Virus record (IMG/VR): IMGVR_UViG_3300022839_000006
Span: 124,001 to 188,000 of that record
DNA: 64,000 nucleotides
Reading direction: 5' to 3' (one strand)
Below are positions 39,490 to 49,223 of the stretch, in pieces. The notes under the pieces were generated by a model. That model searched no databases, was not told where the DNA came from, and worked only from the letters and a program-made list of their open reading frames with translations. A program made the translations under genes and the position numbers. How positions within the stretch are numbered: position 1 is the stretch's first letter; each line of letters begins with the position of its first letter.

Positions 39490-39561
39490 TTTGTACCCTC
39501 TGATGGTTTTACAGCGGTGCGGACGTTACATCCGCACCGCTGTATTTGTTAATTGTATATT

Positions 39562-42500
39562 TTAGGTTGTTGTCAACATCTTCTCTTTGAGATACGCTAC
39601 GAACCGTTCCGCATAAAGAACCAGTCCATCACCTACTAAAAGATGAGCATATCGCTCGTCGTACACTTCACTCATTGTTGCGCTTGGAAACACGACTGCA
39701 GGTCCTTGACTTGTTATGTCATAAAGCTCTTCGGGCAGTTTACCTTGTTGTAGAGCCTCTTGAAAATCGACATATTCAATTTCATTCGTTTCCACATCTA
39801 CAATAGGGATCATTCCGTCCCTGAATATAAATGTGGTTGTTGGCGCAAAGTTGTCCATTAACTGTTCCGTAATGTAATTTTTGAAGGTAGATACCTTGTT
39901 ATTATTACAGTATACACCCTCAGCCAAGTGTTTGTCAACGTTTTGTTTTGTGGCTAACTCAACTTCGTACACTTGCTGAATGCGCAACTGCGCAGGCGGA
40001 TTGAACACGCACCATTCAGGCGATCTGATACCACCACCTGCTCCAGGGACACCTGCAACCTGATAGTCTGTTCTTTTTTCCCCAAGGTTGACGTCCATCG
40101 AGAACAAATAGCCCTTTTGGCCTGCACGTCTTGAGTAACCGCCGTTAGAAACATATTGTAGCGCTTTGTCGACCTTGTTGCTGAAATATATACCGTCACC
40201 AAGCATTCTACCAACAACGCCTGAATCAGAAGGCTTGATGACTCTGAACCCATATCTCAATATCATTGATGCTGCAACACCACCTGTACCATGGTAAGCA
40301 GGTTCTACTGTTCCATCACCAAACTTGTTTTTGCGGAAGTCGTCAAACAGAGGGTTGTCTGTTGTTCCGTCATATACGTTTAGAATCTTAGGAAACACAT
40401 CGCCATGCTTTCCTGCATGATCTCTTTGAATAATGGTTTTGTTCAGCGCATTAACGTTTATAGTATCGTTTTTTGCAATCTCCGGTTCGGGAAGAATTGT
40501 CCCTTTCCGAGCAATTGTAGCTTTTGCGCGTGCAAAGAACTGTGTATACGTCTCGCCCTTCTTTTTCTTTGATACTGCGCCTGATACAATTGCAGACAAA
40601 TCAATGTCGTTGTATAAAAACAGCTGCTTTAATCTATTGTTATCGATTTTATCGAACGGTTTAATCTCTCCGCTAGAAATTTCATCTATCAAAACTTGCG
40701 AGCCGACAAGTGACATTCTAATCTTCTGTACAACATGAGGTGCGAGCCCATCGATGATGTCATTGACATAATCTTCGACATCTGTGCCAATAGTGTCAAG
40801 AATGATTCCTGTTAACACTTCAACATATTTACCTTTCTCGTCTTTGCGGATGCTTTTATACAGTCCTACACTCATAATGTATTTCTTCTGTGAGGATTTT
40901 GCGAATCTCATCCACTCTAATACTGTCTCTGATGTTGCACTTGAAAGAAGGTTCATGATAGTATCGCCACCCTTTGACGTATCAAAATCAAAACCGGTGT
41001 CTTTCTTTGCAACGATCAGTGACGCTTTGGCCAAAGCGTCACTGATCTTGTCTTTATCACCAGGCGCATATTTTGCGACACTTAGATTGCTGTAGAAACT
41101 GTTTCTTGATTCAAGGAAGTCTACTAACACTTGTGTATCAAGATCCCCAACGCCGTCACGTCGAACCTTCACTCCCACTAGTGCCTCATCGTTGGGGAAT
41201 TTAGCCATCATTTGATCAAGATCAATGTTAAGCACTCTAACAACTTTGACAGTTTTATCTACATTATATATACTATTTGAACCTATTAATTTGCCTATCA
41301 ACGACTTTTCAAAACCTACATCTACAAGGTCCGCTGCATAGCGGTCGTGCAGCAGCTCAAAGAGCATGCCGCCGTTTTGAGGAGCCTGTGTATCATACAC
41401 CTCTCCCTTTCTGAATTCTTCAAACAATTTTGGAACGATAGAAGCCTCATAGGTAGAAAACAAATCAGCTTGAATGAAGTGTTGAGCCATCTTCTCAATA
41501 CGGTCCATCGTTGACTGTTTAAGTCTCGTAGTTACATCGGTAACTTTTGATCTACTGTCTCCTGATACTATAAGCAATTCTATAAAATTTGCCTGCGACG
41601 CTCCAACAGTCACTGTATCGTTGTACACAGTTGATAAGAAATCTATCGGCTGTGCAGCAACAAATTCCACCAGCATCTGGTCATAATATCTTCCATATTG
41701 GATATCACCACTAGGATACGATCGCGTTAAGCCATTAAATGTGTTTTGAATAAGCATTTTGCTTGAGATTTCCGGATCAGAAACAATGAACGATATCAAT
41801 CTTTGTTTTTGTTTTTCCTGAACAGTGTTTTTGTATACATCTGATAGAAGAGAACTATAAAATTCACCTATATTGATTATACGCTTTATTAGTGGATCTT
41901 TTGCCTCTATTTCAAGTGCAGCGTTTATAAACGCTGCAACAGATGATTTGCGATAGGACGCCATTTTACCACTACTGTATATCTGATCGACGAACATTTC
42001 AAGAAAACCAATTGGCGTATATTTAGTCTTCCGTACAGCATTAGCTTGTTTAAGCACTGGTGTAAAATCTTGGGAGGTGTCACGATCTCTAAAAGCTTCA
42101 ATATAATTTTCAACGTTAGTCACAGTTTTATATATTGCTTCAAATGCTTGGCGAGGTGCATCAGGTAAATTATCAGCATAAATCAAGGTATCTGCAAGAT
42201 TGTATTTTGTTTTAACAAATTTAAGGGCCGCTGCTGCAAGTGCATCACTTTGATACATACCGTCCACGTGTATATCTACAAGGAGCTTTATGCCCTCATC
42301 AATCAATTGATCTATGTCGATGTTACTTGCAACTAATGTCTGCGCTGCCTCTCTTTCCTTCTGATCAATAGCAGCCTGAGCATCACGTGCCTTCTGATCA
42401 ATAGCAGCCTGAGCATCAATCGCTTGTTGTGCTTGTTGTGCTTGTTGTGCAGCAGCTTGTTTAATCTGTTTTTGACGTTGATAATAACCCAGCTTCGGTG

Positions 42501-43281
42501 CTGTAGGCGCAGGAACAGCAGGGTCAACAGGCGCACCTGTCAGTGCCGCAAGCTTCTTCAGTTTTTGACGTTGATAATAGTTCATTGGTGGTGCAACAGC
42601 AGGTGTTGTAGTGACCTGAGCTGACGGATCAACAATTGGTGTTGGCACTGTAGGAGCTGCAGGTACCGCAGCTGTGGCCATAGGAGACACTCCAGCAGGC
42701 TGCGGTGTTATTTCTGTCAATCCAAAGAATCTCTTGGCATATTTTTGATAGTCACCACCACCATCAACTGTATTGACTCTCTTCTTCAATTGAACAGCAA
42801 ATCTGGAAACATCAACAGCCGTTCCGCCACCACCTACGAAATCATCAAATACTTGACGCATCTTTGCATCTTTAATATTCAATCGGAAACTTGGAACCAT
42901 CCCTCTAAGCCATCCTGCAACAACGTTCGAGTCAATAGAATCGATTTGGCCTGATTTCAACTTGAAAAGGAATTTTGTTATTTCGTTTGCTGTGATGTCC
43001 TGCTTGAAGAATCCTGCCTCATGAGCCAACTTCACGGACAATGAAATGTCATGGTTATCATCGCCGATTGATCCAAGACGTACCTGTTTGTCTTTGCGCA
43101 AGAACTTGATAATTGTTCCACGTTGGGTAGGGCTCGTTGCGTTAATCATCCCCAGCATTCCGAGAAAGTTAAACATGAAAGCAGCAGCAACTCGATCTTT
43201 ATCTGCGAGTAACGCAGCTCTTTCTGCATCGTTAGAGTAAAGAGAATTTTCCCCAAGAAAAGATTTGAAGTTTTTGGTCAT
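39562..43281 (-). CDS. Large putative virion-packaged protein with PARP-like (H-Y-E) ADP-ribosyltransferase domain
   Basis: YHGT...GF...G.MLGDGIYFS...KALQY...V.LG...EWCVF; late promoter GATAAATA at 43320-43327; start MTKNFKSFLGE. Confidence 0.8.
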   Translation of the reverse strand: MTKNFKSFLGENSLYSNDAERAALLADKDRVAAAFMFNFLGMLGMINATSPTQRGTIIKFLRKDKQVRLGSIGDDNHDISLSVKLAHEAGFFKQDITANEITKFLFKLKSGQIDSIDSNVVAGWLRGMVPSFRLNIKDAKMRQVFDDFVGGGGTAVDVSRFAVQLKKRVNTVDGGGDYQKYAKRFFGLTEITPQPAGVSPMATAAVPAAPTVPTPIVDPSAQVTTTPAVAPPMNYYQRQKLKKLAALTGAPVDPAVPAPTAPKLGYYQRQKQIKQAAAQQAQQAQQAIDAQAAIDQKARDAQAAIDQKEREAAQTLVASNIDIDQLIDEGIKLLVDIHVDGMYQSDALAAAALKFVKTKYNLADTLIYADNLPDAPRQAFEAIYKTVTNVENYIEAFRDRDTSQDFTPVLKQANAVRKTKYTPIGFLEMFVDQIYSSGKMASYRKSSVAAFINAALEIEAKDPLIKRIINIGEFYSSLLSDVYKNTVQEKQKQRLISFIVSDPEISSKMLIQNTFNGLTRSYPSGDIQYGRYYDQMLVEFVAAQPIDFLSTVYNDTVTVGASQANFIELLIVSGDSRSKVTDVTTRLKQSTMDRIEKMAQHFIQADLFSTYEASIVPKLFEEFRKGEVYDTQAPQNGGMLFELLHDRYAADLVDVGFEKSLIGKLIGSNSIYNVDKTVKVVRVLNIDLDQMMAKFPNDEALVGVKVRRDGVGDLDTQVLVDFLESRNSFYSNLSVAKYAPGDKDKISDALAKASLIVAKKDTGFDFDTSKGGDTIMNLLSSATSETVLEWMRFAKSSQKKYIMSVGLYKSIRKDEKGKYVEVLTGIILDTIGTDVEDYVNDIIDGLAPHVVQKIRMSLVGSQVLIDEISSGEIKPFDKIDNNRLKQLFLYNDIDLSAIVSGAVSKKKKGETYTQFFARAKATIARKGTILPEPEIAKNDTINVNALNKTIIQRDHAGKHGDVFPKILNVYDGTTDNPLFDDFRKNKFGDGTVEPAYHGTGGVAASMILRYGFRVIKPSDSGVVGRMLGDGIYFSNKVDKALQYVSNGGYSRRAGQKGYLFSMDVNLGEKRTDYQVAGVPGAGGGIRSPEWCVFNPPAQLRIQQVYEVELATKQNVDKHLAEGVYCNNNKVSTFKNYITEQLMDNFAPTTTFIFRDGMIPIVDVETNEIEYVDFQEALQQGKLPEELYDITSQGPAVVFPSATMSEVYDERYAHLLVGDGLVLYAERFVAYLKEKMLTTT
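42358..42418. repeat. 28-bp direct repeat (33-nt period) in the ART gene linker
   Basis: CTTCTGATCAATAGCAGCCTGAGCATCA occurs twice, encoding DAQAAIDQK twice. Confidence 0.85.
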
Positions 43282-43350
43282 TGTGCACGGTATCCTTGTG
43301 AAAGCTGGTGTGTCTTGCTTATTTATCAAAACACTCCAGCTTCGACTCTT

Positions 43351-43668
43351 TCACGTAAATTTTACAGACGTGTGCCAATATTCAACTTGTTCAGATGTCA
43401 CGATCATTTCAGGATTATCATCAATCCACACATCAACCTTGATGTTGTTGTCTTCCGCAAACGTCTTCTTATAACTGCCGCCTGTCGGCCTACAATTGTG
43501 TACTCCAATAGTCACGCCAAGTGTATCATACACTTTCTGCATCTCGTCGTGTCGTCTGAACGTGATGCACAGAACTGTATGTCCCCTCTCCATAGCTGAT
43601 TTGGCCCACAACGTCCAAAGGTCAGGATCTGCCGTATAAGTCCCATCAAAATCCAAAGCAAAAATCAT
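43351..43668 (-). CDS. Small HAD-superfamily hydrolase
   Basis: ALDFDGT, IT.R, K, WIDD.P motifs; start uncertain. Confidence 0.85.
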   Translation of the reverse strand: MIFALDFDGTYTADPDLWTLWAKSAMERGHTVLCITFRRHDEMQKVYDTLGVTIGVHNCRPTGGSYKKTFAEDNNIKVDVWIDDNPEMIVTSEQVEYWHTSVKFT

Positions 43669-43729
43669 GTCTTTATCTATCCCTGACATACAAAAATTAG
43701 CACCCCAAATCACAAGGATGCTATTTTTA

Positions 43730-44056
43730 TTACATTGTGCGTGCTACACTCGAAAGCTTCTGGTAGTATGTTGCTGCTGTGCCGCGTGACACGCCTTGCT
43801 TGACTGCAAGGTCGATCACGTCTTTGCGACGAAGCAAACCGTAGTTTGCTTGAAAGATTTGACGAAATTCAGCAACAGGAGATACAATCGAGGACGATAC
43901 AGGTGAATCTTTTTTTGTCTTTGCTTTTGCAGGAAGTGTGACAAGAATTTTACCGCCATCGCGTTTGGTGAAAATGGGCTGTACCAAGCCTGCGCGAACT
44001 GCACCGCGCTTTGCACTTGACATTGAGGTGTATGTTTTTTCAAAGTTCTTAGTCAT
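43730..44056 (-). CDS. Basic hypothetical protein, possibly DNA-binding
   Basis: C-terminal RKDVI..AV..GV...TA.TYYQ HTH-like segment. Confidence 0.55.
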   Translation of the reverse strand: MTKNFEKTYTSMSSAKRGAVRAGLVQPIFTKRDGGKILVTLPAKAKTKKDSPVSSSIVSPVAEFRQIFQANYGLLRRKDVIDLAVKQGVSRGTAATYYQKLSSVARTM

Positions 44057-44145
44057 TTTTATGTTCCGTTTATTTGTTGCTGTTTGCTTACCTTTATAAG
44101 CTAGCGCCAAGCAAATAGAATGGCAACAATGTTTTTGGAACATTC

Positions 44146-44643
44146 TTAACTAATTTCTACCAGACTGACTTTTATCTGTTTTTCACCTCTGAGTTGAGCA
44201 GCGACGACAGCATGGTGCCCATCACTTATGAAGAACCTCCCAGCATACTTAACAACATGGATGTGGTTAGGGTTTGTGTTTGTGATCTTGTCGCGTAGCT
44301 TTTCAACGTCGTTTGTCATGACGTATGGCTGTGTGGCAACCAACTGACTGATGTTCAATGTGGTCTGTTTGTTCATCTTGTCGTACTGACGCTGGCCTTC
44401 ATCTCTCACCTTCTTATCTACGTCTTCCATTCCCAACTCCATCTGCAAGTCATATAGTGCCTCTGCTGCCTGACTTGAAAGTTTTTCATCGAAGGACGTA
44501 AGGGGGATGTGACCTCCCTTTGGGACCTTCTCCCATGTGCCAAAGCTTGAACGTGTGCCGTATCTACGTGATGCACGCTGCGCGAGCCTTACAGGGTCCA
44601 CCTTACGTTCAAATAATTGACAAAATTGTGTAAAAAGTATCAT
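44146..44643 (-). CDS. ParB/Srx-like domain protein
   Basis: I..L.ATQ and I.VV...G..FI.DGHH...A. Confidence 0.7.
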   Translation of the reverse strand: MILFTQFCQLFERKVDPVRLAQRASRRYGTRSSFGTWEKVPKGGHIPLTSFDEKLSSQAAEALYDLQMELGMEDVDKKVRDEGQRQYDKMNKQTTLNISQLVATQPYVMTNDVEKLRDKITNTNPNHIHVVKYAGRFFISDGHHAVVAAQLRGEKQIKVSLVEIS

Positions 44644-44726
44644 TTTGTTGTTGACCTGCTTGTGAAAATAGGGATAATAGAGTTATGGCTCTGGATATAA
44701 GAGGCTATAGTAGGTGCTGAGGTGGT

Positions 44727-45060
44727 TTAGTTTAGGTCGATGTTGAACACTTTGAATGGAAATTGTTCAGAAGAATATATCTCAATTCGCTTCTTAAAGT
44801 GGTCTAATGTATAGTTAGTGTATGCGCCATGGGTGATATCATCAGCAATGTCATACAGTGTAGCTTCGTCAGCATTGTTACCCTTTCTTAGCACTCTACC
44901 AATGGATTGAAGAATACGAACTTCTGATTTTGATCCTGAGGCGAGAATTAGATTATCAAGCCGCTTGATCGACACACCTGTGGAGAAATGTTCCATACGA
45001 AGCAAGTATATTGTGATTCTTAACAGCGTATGACCTCCGTTCTATTTTAGTCGGTTTCAT
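44727..45060 (-). CDS. uvsW: UvsW helicase C-terminal part (contains a +1 frame discontinuity at 44985-44988)
   Basis: ATG at 45060 with GAGGA SD gives MKPTKIERRSYAVKNHNILASYGTF; the +1 frame continues STGVSIKRLDN...LQSIGRVLRK. Confidence 0.8.
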
Positions 45061-46201
45061 TTATAATTTCCTCTATTTTATGTTCATATCCATTTAACAT
45101 ACCGTATCTTTCACAATATATCTTTATGATGTTGTGTAAATTTTCAATCGAAGTTCTATACCACCCTCTATCTGTAAGAGGATCCTTGCTAACTTTATTT
45201 TTTAGTTTATACGCTTTAATAATTTTTATTTCTATACGTTTTGCAAGTTCTGTATTTGGAGTTTTAGTATTTAATTTTCTGGAGTATTTTCCGTATGTTT
45301 TTATTATTTCATCATCAGCTAAATCTTCTAATAGATGTATCATGTCACTTGGTATTTTATTTCTTATATGACTTATTTTTCTGCTTTTTAGTGTTCTTTC
45401 TTTGTAATTTGGATCTTTCCAAAGTTCTGAAATGGCAGATCCATCAGAACCTCTGTATTTCCTATTTTTCATTTTTTCTATAAAGACTTCATCATTTTTC
45501 CAAAGACTTTTTAATTTTTTAGAAGCTTGTTCTTTTTTCTCTTTTGATCCATTTATTTTTTTCATAGTATTTTTGAAATTGTTAAAATCGCTTTCGGACA
45601 TTTCAGAATATCTCTTATTCAGCGCATCTGAATATCTTTGTGTACCATTTATTATATTATACTCTATCATGTCTTTTGATTTTTGCTCTCGTCTTTCAGG
45701 TATCCACCACCTTTTTAATTGCTCTGATTTTTTAACACGATTTTCTGGAGAATTGCCAATGGCAGACATATTTTTAGAATGCCCATTGAGCATTTGTGCT
45801 CTGGCAATGTTTCTTCTTTTTTCTCTCCAGTCTTCATATTTTGGAGACTTTTTAAATTCTATCCACGCATTTTTTGTCGCCGTTGATATTATTTTTCTAT
45901 ATTCTTTTGATTCTCTGGTAGTTTTAGGAAGCATAAAGTTTAATGGTCTCGTAAATCTCCTTATTGGATACGCTTTTGACAATAGAAAATGTGCTTCCAC
46001 GTGATCGGTATATGTTAAAGCATATACTAAATCATTTGCGTATATACATCGTGGAATTATATGGTGATCTTCACAATATAATTCTGATGAAATCTTGTCT
46101 GTTTTATTTTCAAGAACAAAATCTATATATTTTTCTAGTGTAGACTCGTCTGATGGATCACCCAAAAGTTCAACAAATTTATCAAATATGATCTTTTCCA
46201 A
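45047..46201 (-). mobile_element. HNH (MobE-like) homing endonuclease inserted in uvsW
   Basis: HHIIPRC...LT..DH..AH.LL.K.Y; Lys-rich C-terminus; visibly AT-rich; own late promoter GATAAATA (46223-46230) and AAGGAG SD. Confidence 0.85.
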
Positions 46202-46242
46202 TATAATACTCCTTATAGGTATTATTTATCAAAGATGACATT

Positions 46243-47595
46243 TCAACCGCCATTAGCTTTATTTTTTATCCAATTTTCGGAAATGTCAGAATTTTCGGTT
46301 ATATTTTTTCCTAAACAGACAGATCCGTCAGTAAGAATTACTTGTTCATCTTCTTCTATTTCAAGTTTATGTTCACCGAAAAAAAGAACTACCATTGTTT
46401 TGTTATCATTTTCGATTAAATGTCGAATTCGTTCTCGTTCTTCTCCTTTGGTATCTCCGTAGATGAAGTGAAGATTTGTATCTGGGCTTTCAAGCATTGG
46501 AGCAAGAACCTTACCATGCTTCTCTACAAGTTCAAACAAAATAAGATTGTTCTGACCTTTGAGTGACCATACGAGATTGCGTATGAATGTGTTTCTCTTA
46601 CTGCTATTTATGATGAACTCGCGCTCTGCATGGTAACGCTCTTCTTTTTTCAGCTTCTTAATTGCCTTTGAGAACGTTGACCGTGTCTGTGCAGGATGTT
46701 TGAGAACAATTGCTTTGACATTAAATGTTGCAACTGTACCACTATCAATTAGGTCCTTTGTCGATACATATCTCTTAACATTTCCAAATAGTCCTGTCAA
46801 GATTAAAACGTGTGTTTTAGAATCAGAGGAGATGGTACCAGTAAAGCCAAATCTGTAGGGAGCTTCAGTGCATTTTTCCATGATCTGGGTAAGCGACTTG
46901 CCTGTAAACAAATGTGCCTCATCACCCATCACAACGCGGAATTGGTCAAACCACTCCTTTTGTAACGGTCCTAACGACTGCCATGTTGATATTACAATTT
47001 GTGCCGAGGTGTTTTTATCAACACCCCCTTGGATCTTGTATATCAAACTTGGATCACAGCCATAATCGATGAAGTCTCCTGCCATCTGATGTACAAGGGA
47101 AATTGTTGGGACAATTATTAGAACACGGTGTTGAAAGGCAGAAATGTAGTGGTGAGATATTAAATACTGCATGAACGATTTGCCACTAGAAGTTGGCGAA
47201 AGAGATAGGGTTCTCTTTTTACGAATGGCATTAACAATGTAGTCGTTTTGATACTCACGAAGCTCGAGCTTCGTCCCTGTTTCTTTTGCTAGTTGGTATC
47301 CGTAGTCATCAGGAACATTTGGTTCGTCGCATATTTCTTTGTCTACAATCAGATCATACGATCTGATTTCACAAAATTGTCGAAGCTGATCGATTAGACC
47401 TATGTGGAGATAAGGCTTGAATGGGGTGATCAGGCGAATGTACCCATCCCAAACCTTCGCCTTGTACTTCGGTGAGAATTGATAGTTTGCAGGTTGGAAG
47501 GCAAAGAATTCCATCAACTCTTGCATTATGCTCACATCAGCGATTACCTTCATGTGAACTTCGTTCATTTTCTCAACTCGAATTGTATCAGTCAC
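46243..47595 (-). CDS. uvsW: UvsW helicase N-terminal part
   Basis: LREYQ, SPTSSGKS, DEAH, GFTGT; ends with a ~53-aa foreign extension after ...IEND. Confidence 0.93.
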   Translation of the reverse strand: MTDTIRVEKMNEVHMKVIADVSIMQELMEFFAFQPANYQFSPKYKAKVWDGYIRLITPFKPYLHIGLIDQLRQFCEIRSYDLIVDKEICDEPNVPDDYGYQLAKETGTKLELREYQNDYIVNAIRKKRTLSLSPTSSGKSFMQYLISHHYISAFQHRVLIIVPTISLVHQMAGDFIDYGCDPSLIYKIQGGVDKNTSAQIVISTWQSLGPLQKEWFDQFRVVMGDEAHLFTGKSLTQIMEKCTEAPYRFGFTGTISSDSKTHVLILTGLFGNVKRYVSTKDLIDSGTVATFNVKAIVLKHPAQTRSTFSKAIKKLKKEERYHAEREFIINSSKRNTFIRNLVWSLKGQNNLILFELVEKHGKVLAPMLESPDTNLHFIYGDTKGEERERIRHLIENDNKTMVVLFFGEHKLEIEEDEQVILTDGSVCLGKNITENSDISENWIKNKANGG

Positions 47596-47601
47596 GGTAT
47601 A

Positions 47602-48039
47602 TTAATAGCCTCCGTTTTGGAATTTCTGAAAGTCGATCATGTTCTTTATGATGAAGTTTCTGTTATTTATCTGCTTGATTACATCTTCAAGAAACTTAGC
47701 CATTCCTGTATAGTAATCGATCTGTAGGGACAATTTAATTACCTCCTTGTCAGAGTGAATATATTTATCCATGTCGCTCCGAAGTATTTTCAAAGGGTTT
47801 GGCTTCCACCCACGCTCCTTCAAATCTTCCATGGCCATCGTACCGTTGTAATATTCTATCTTGTCCTTCTCAAGGACCTTTAGGTCCGCTTTAAGTTTAT
47901 TAGCTTTCATTACAGCACGGTAGTATATTTTATAGTATTTTGCGTGTAGTCCAGGGATCTTCCCCGACTCTTGCGACAAGTTAGTTTCGTTTATTGTTGC
48001 GTCTTGGGCCCACATCTCTTCATATTTTTCAATGTCCAT
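47602..48039 (-). CDS. uvsY: Recombination mediator UvsY
   Basis: W..D..I, LH.KY, YY.G, R.F.IKN.I...KF..G. Confidence 0.92.
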   Translation of the reverse strand: MDIEKYEEMWAQDATINETNLSQESGKIPGLHAKYYKIYYRAVMKANKLKADLKVLEKDKIEYYNGTMAMEDLKERGWKPNPLKILRSDMDKYIHSDKEVIKLSLQIDYYTGMAKFLEDVIKQINNRNFIIKNMIDFQKFQNGGY

Positions 48040-48057
48040 AAATTCAATCCTATCATA

Positions 48058-48558
48058 TTATTTTGGTATCTTTTCAATTGTGAACGAGTCGTATTGAAAC
48101 GTCGCCGTCGCTTGAGGGTATGTGACGTCTGAATCAGTTACATTTAACGAGACATCGCTCAGCGACGTTGGAAAGCAATTTATATATTTCACAAGAATGT
48201 TTGAGTTCTTCTTGCTGTTCATTACTGTAATTGTAATGTCCGAAAACAGTCTTTGTACAGTATTCTGTATTTTCTCATATTGACTGTGGTTGCTTGGAAA
48301 TGCTGAACCGACAATCCAATCAAAAATCTCCACGTAGTTGTTCATGTCTTCATCGATTATAAAAACAAGATCTAGATTTGAGTATGTTACGTTGCTAGGA
48401 GTCTGAAATACGGGGTTGAATCGTGTAGGCTGCACAATTGGTGATGTGCTGATGCTTGGGATCGAGGACTGTTGCGCGAAGAACTCAACATTAGGTAGCC
48501 TCTTTATTGCTACTCTAAATTCAATTGGTGAAAAATAGTTCGGTACTATTGTTGACAT
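48058..48558 (-). CDS. gp3: Tail tube terminator gp3
   Basis: F...I..LP.VEFF.Q...IP and L.FIIDED..NY.EI..W; late promoter CATAAATA at 48606-48613. Confidence 0.88.
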   Translation of the reverse strand: MSTIVPNYFSPIEFRVAIKRLPNVEFFAQQSSIPSISTSPIVQPTRFNPVFQTPSNVTYSNLDLVFIIDEDMNNYVEIFDWIVGSAFPSNHSQYEKIQNTVQRLFSDITITVMNSKKNSNILVKYINCFPTSLSDVSLNVTDSDVTYPQATATFQYDSFTIEKIPK

Positions 48559-48620
48559 GATATCCTGTTCCCTGTTGACTAAGCAATTTCAGACGACTAC
48601 AGTGTTATTTATGTTTAAAG

Positions 48621-48881
48621 ATGAAGGACGACCTGATGAAACAGAAGCGACACGACTTTCATATAATCAGCGGAGACAGAGTCGAAGATGCTCGAGGAAA
48701 TGTGTACTTGATTACAAGCATTACGGAGCCTGTCGGATATCGATGGTGTGAACCGTATGTAGGTAGGACGGTCAATTTGGTTTGTGTGTCAGGACCAAAT
48801 ACTACAAGCACTCGTGCTATTGAACACAAAGTGTTGGATGGCATGTCACAGAGCTCTAAACTGTGGAAGTGTAACACCTAA
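48621..48881 (+). CDS. Hypothetical protein
   Basis: ORF at the strand switch; start may be 48636. Confidence 0.45.
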   Translation: MKDDLMKQKRHDFHIISGDRVEDARGNVYLITSITEPVGYRWCEPYVGRTVNLVCVSGPNTTSTRAIEHKVLDGMSQSSKLWKCNT

Positions 48882-48910
48882 CATACCACAATTTCAAGAA
48901 AAAACAACCG

Positions 48911-48939
48911 TTGACCACGTGTTCTATAACATGTATATA
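48911..48939 (+). promoter_or_regulatory. Early sigma70-like promoter
   Basis: GTTGACC-N17-TATATA; similar GTTGAC promoters at 51122, 55094, 55754, 63826 and elsewhere. Confidence 0.6.
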
Positions 48940-48970
48940 AAACTTATAACAAACGTGAAAGAAAACCAAA

Positions 48971-49165
48971 ATGAAATGTGCAATCATCACTTCCGTCCTG
49001 CTTCTATCAGCTTGTTCTTCGCCATCGATTACAGACCTCGATAAACGCCTTCGTGCCGAGGAAGATTTCCGCTCACACCAAATGTATCTCGAAGAACTGT
49101 ACACTAAACATGACCCTGAGTTTGTAGATGACTGCATCTACCACAATCTCAGTTGTGAGTTTTGA
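48971..49165 (+). CDS. Small lipoprotein
   Basis: Signal peptide with lipobox LLSA-C. Confidence 0.65.
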   Translation: MKCAIITSVLLLSACSSPSITDLDKRLRAEEDFRSHQMYLEELYTKHDPEFVDDCIYHNLSCEF

Positions 49166-49223
49166 AACGACACGTGCTAGAAATAACAGCAAAAGAAGAC
49201 ATATTACAAAAGAGGGCGTGGAA

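Noticed and set aside
42358-42450. Repeats as a CRISPR-like array
   Set aside because: Only two in-frame copies plus Gln/Ala codon repeats within a coding linker; no spacer structure. No CRISPR array was seen in the window.
43267-44056. Shared MTKNF N-terminus of the ART and the 43730..44056 ORF
   Set aside because: Only five residues with different codons and no further similarity; likely chance.
45010-46410. Functional split intein in uvsW
   Set aside because: No N-terminal Cys/Ser, no TxxH, and the HN is followed by Ile and probably belongs to native UvsW sequence.
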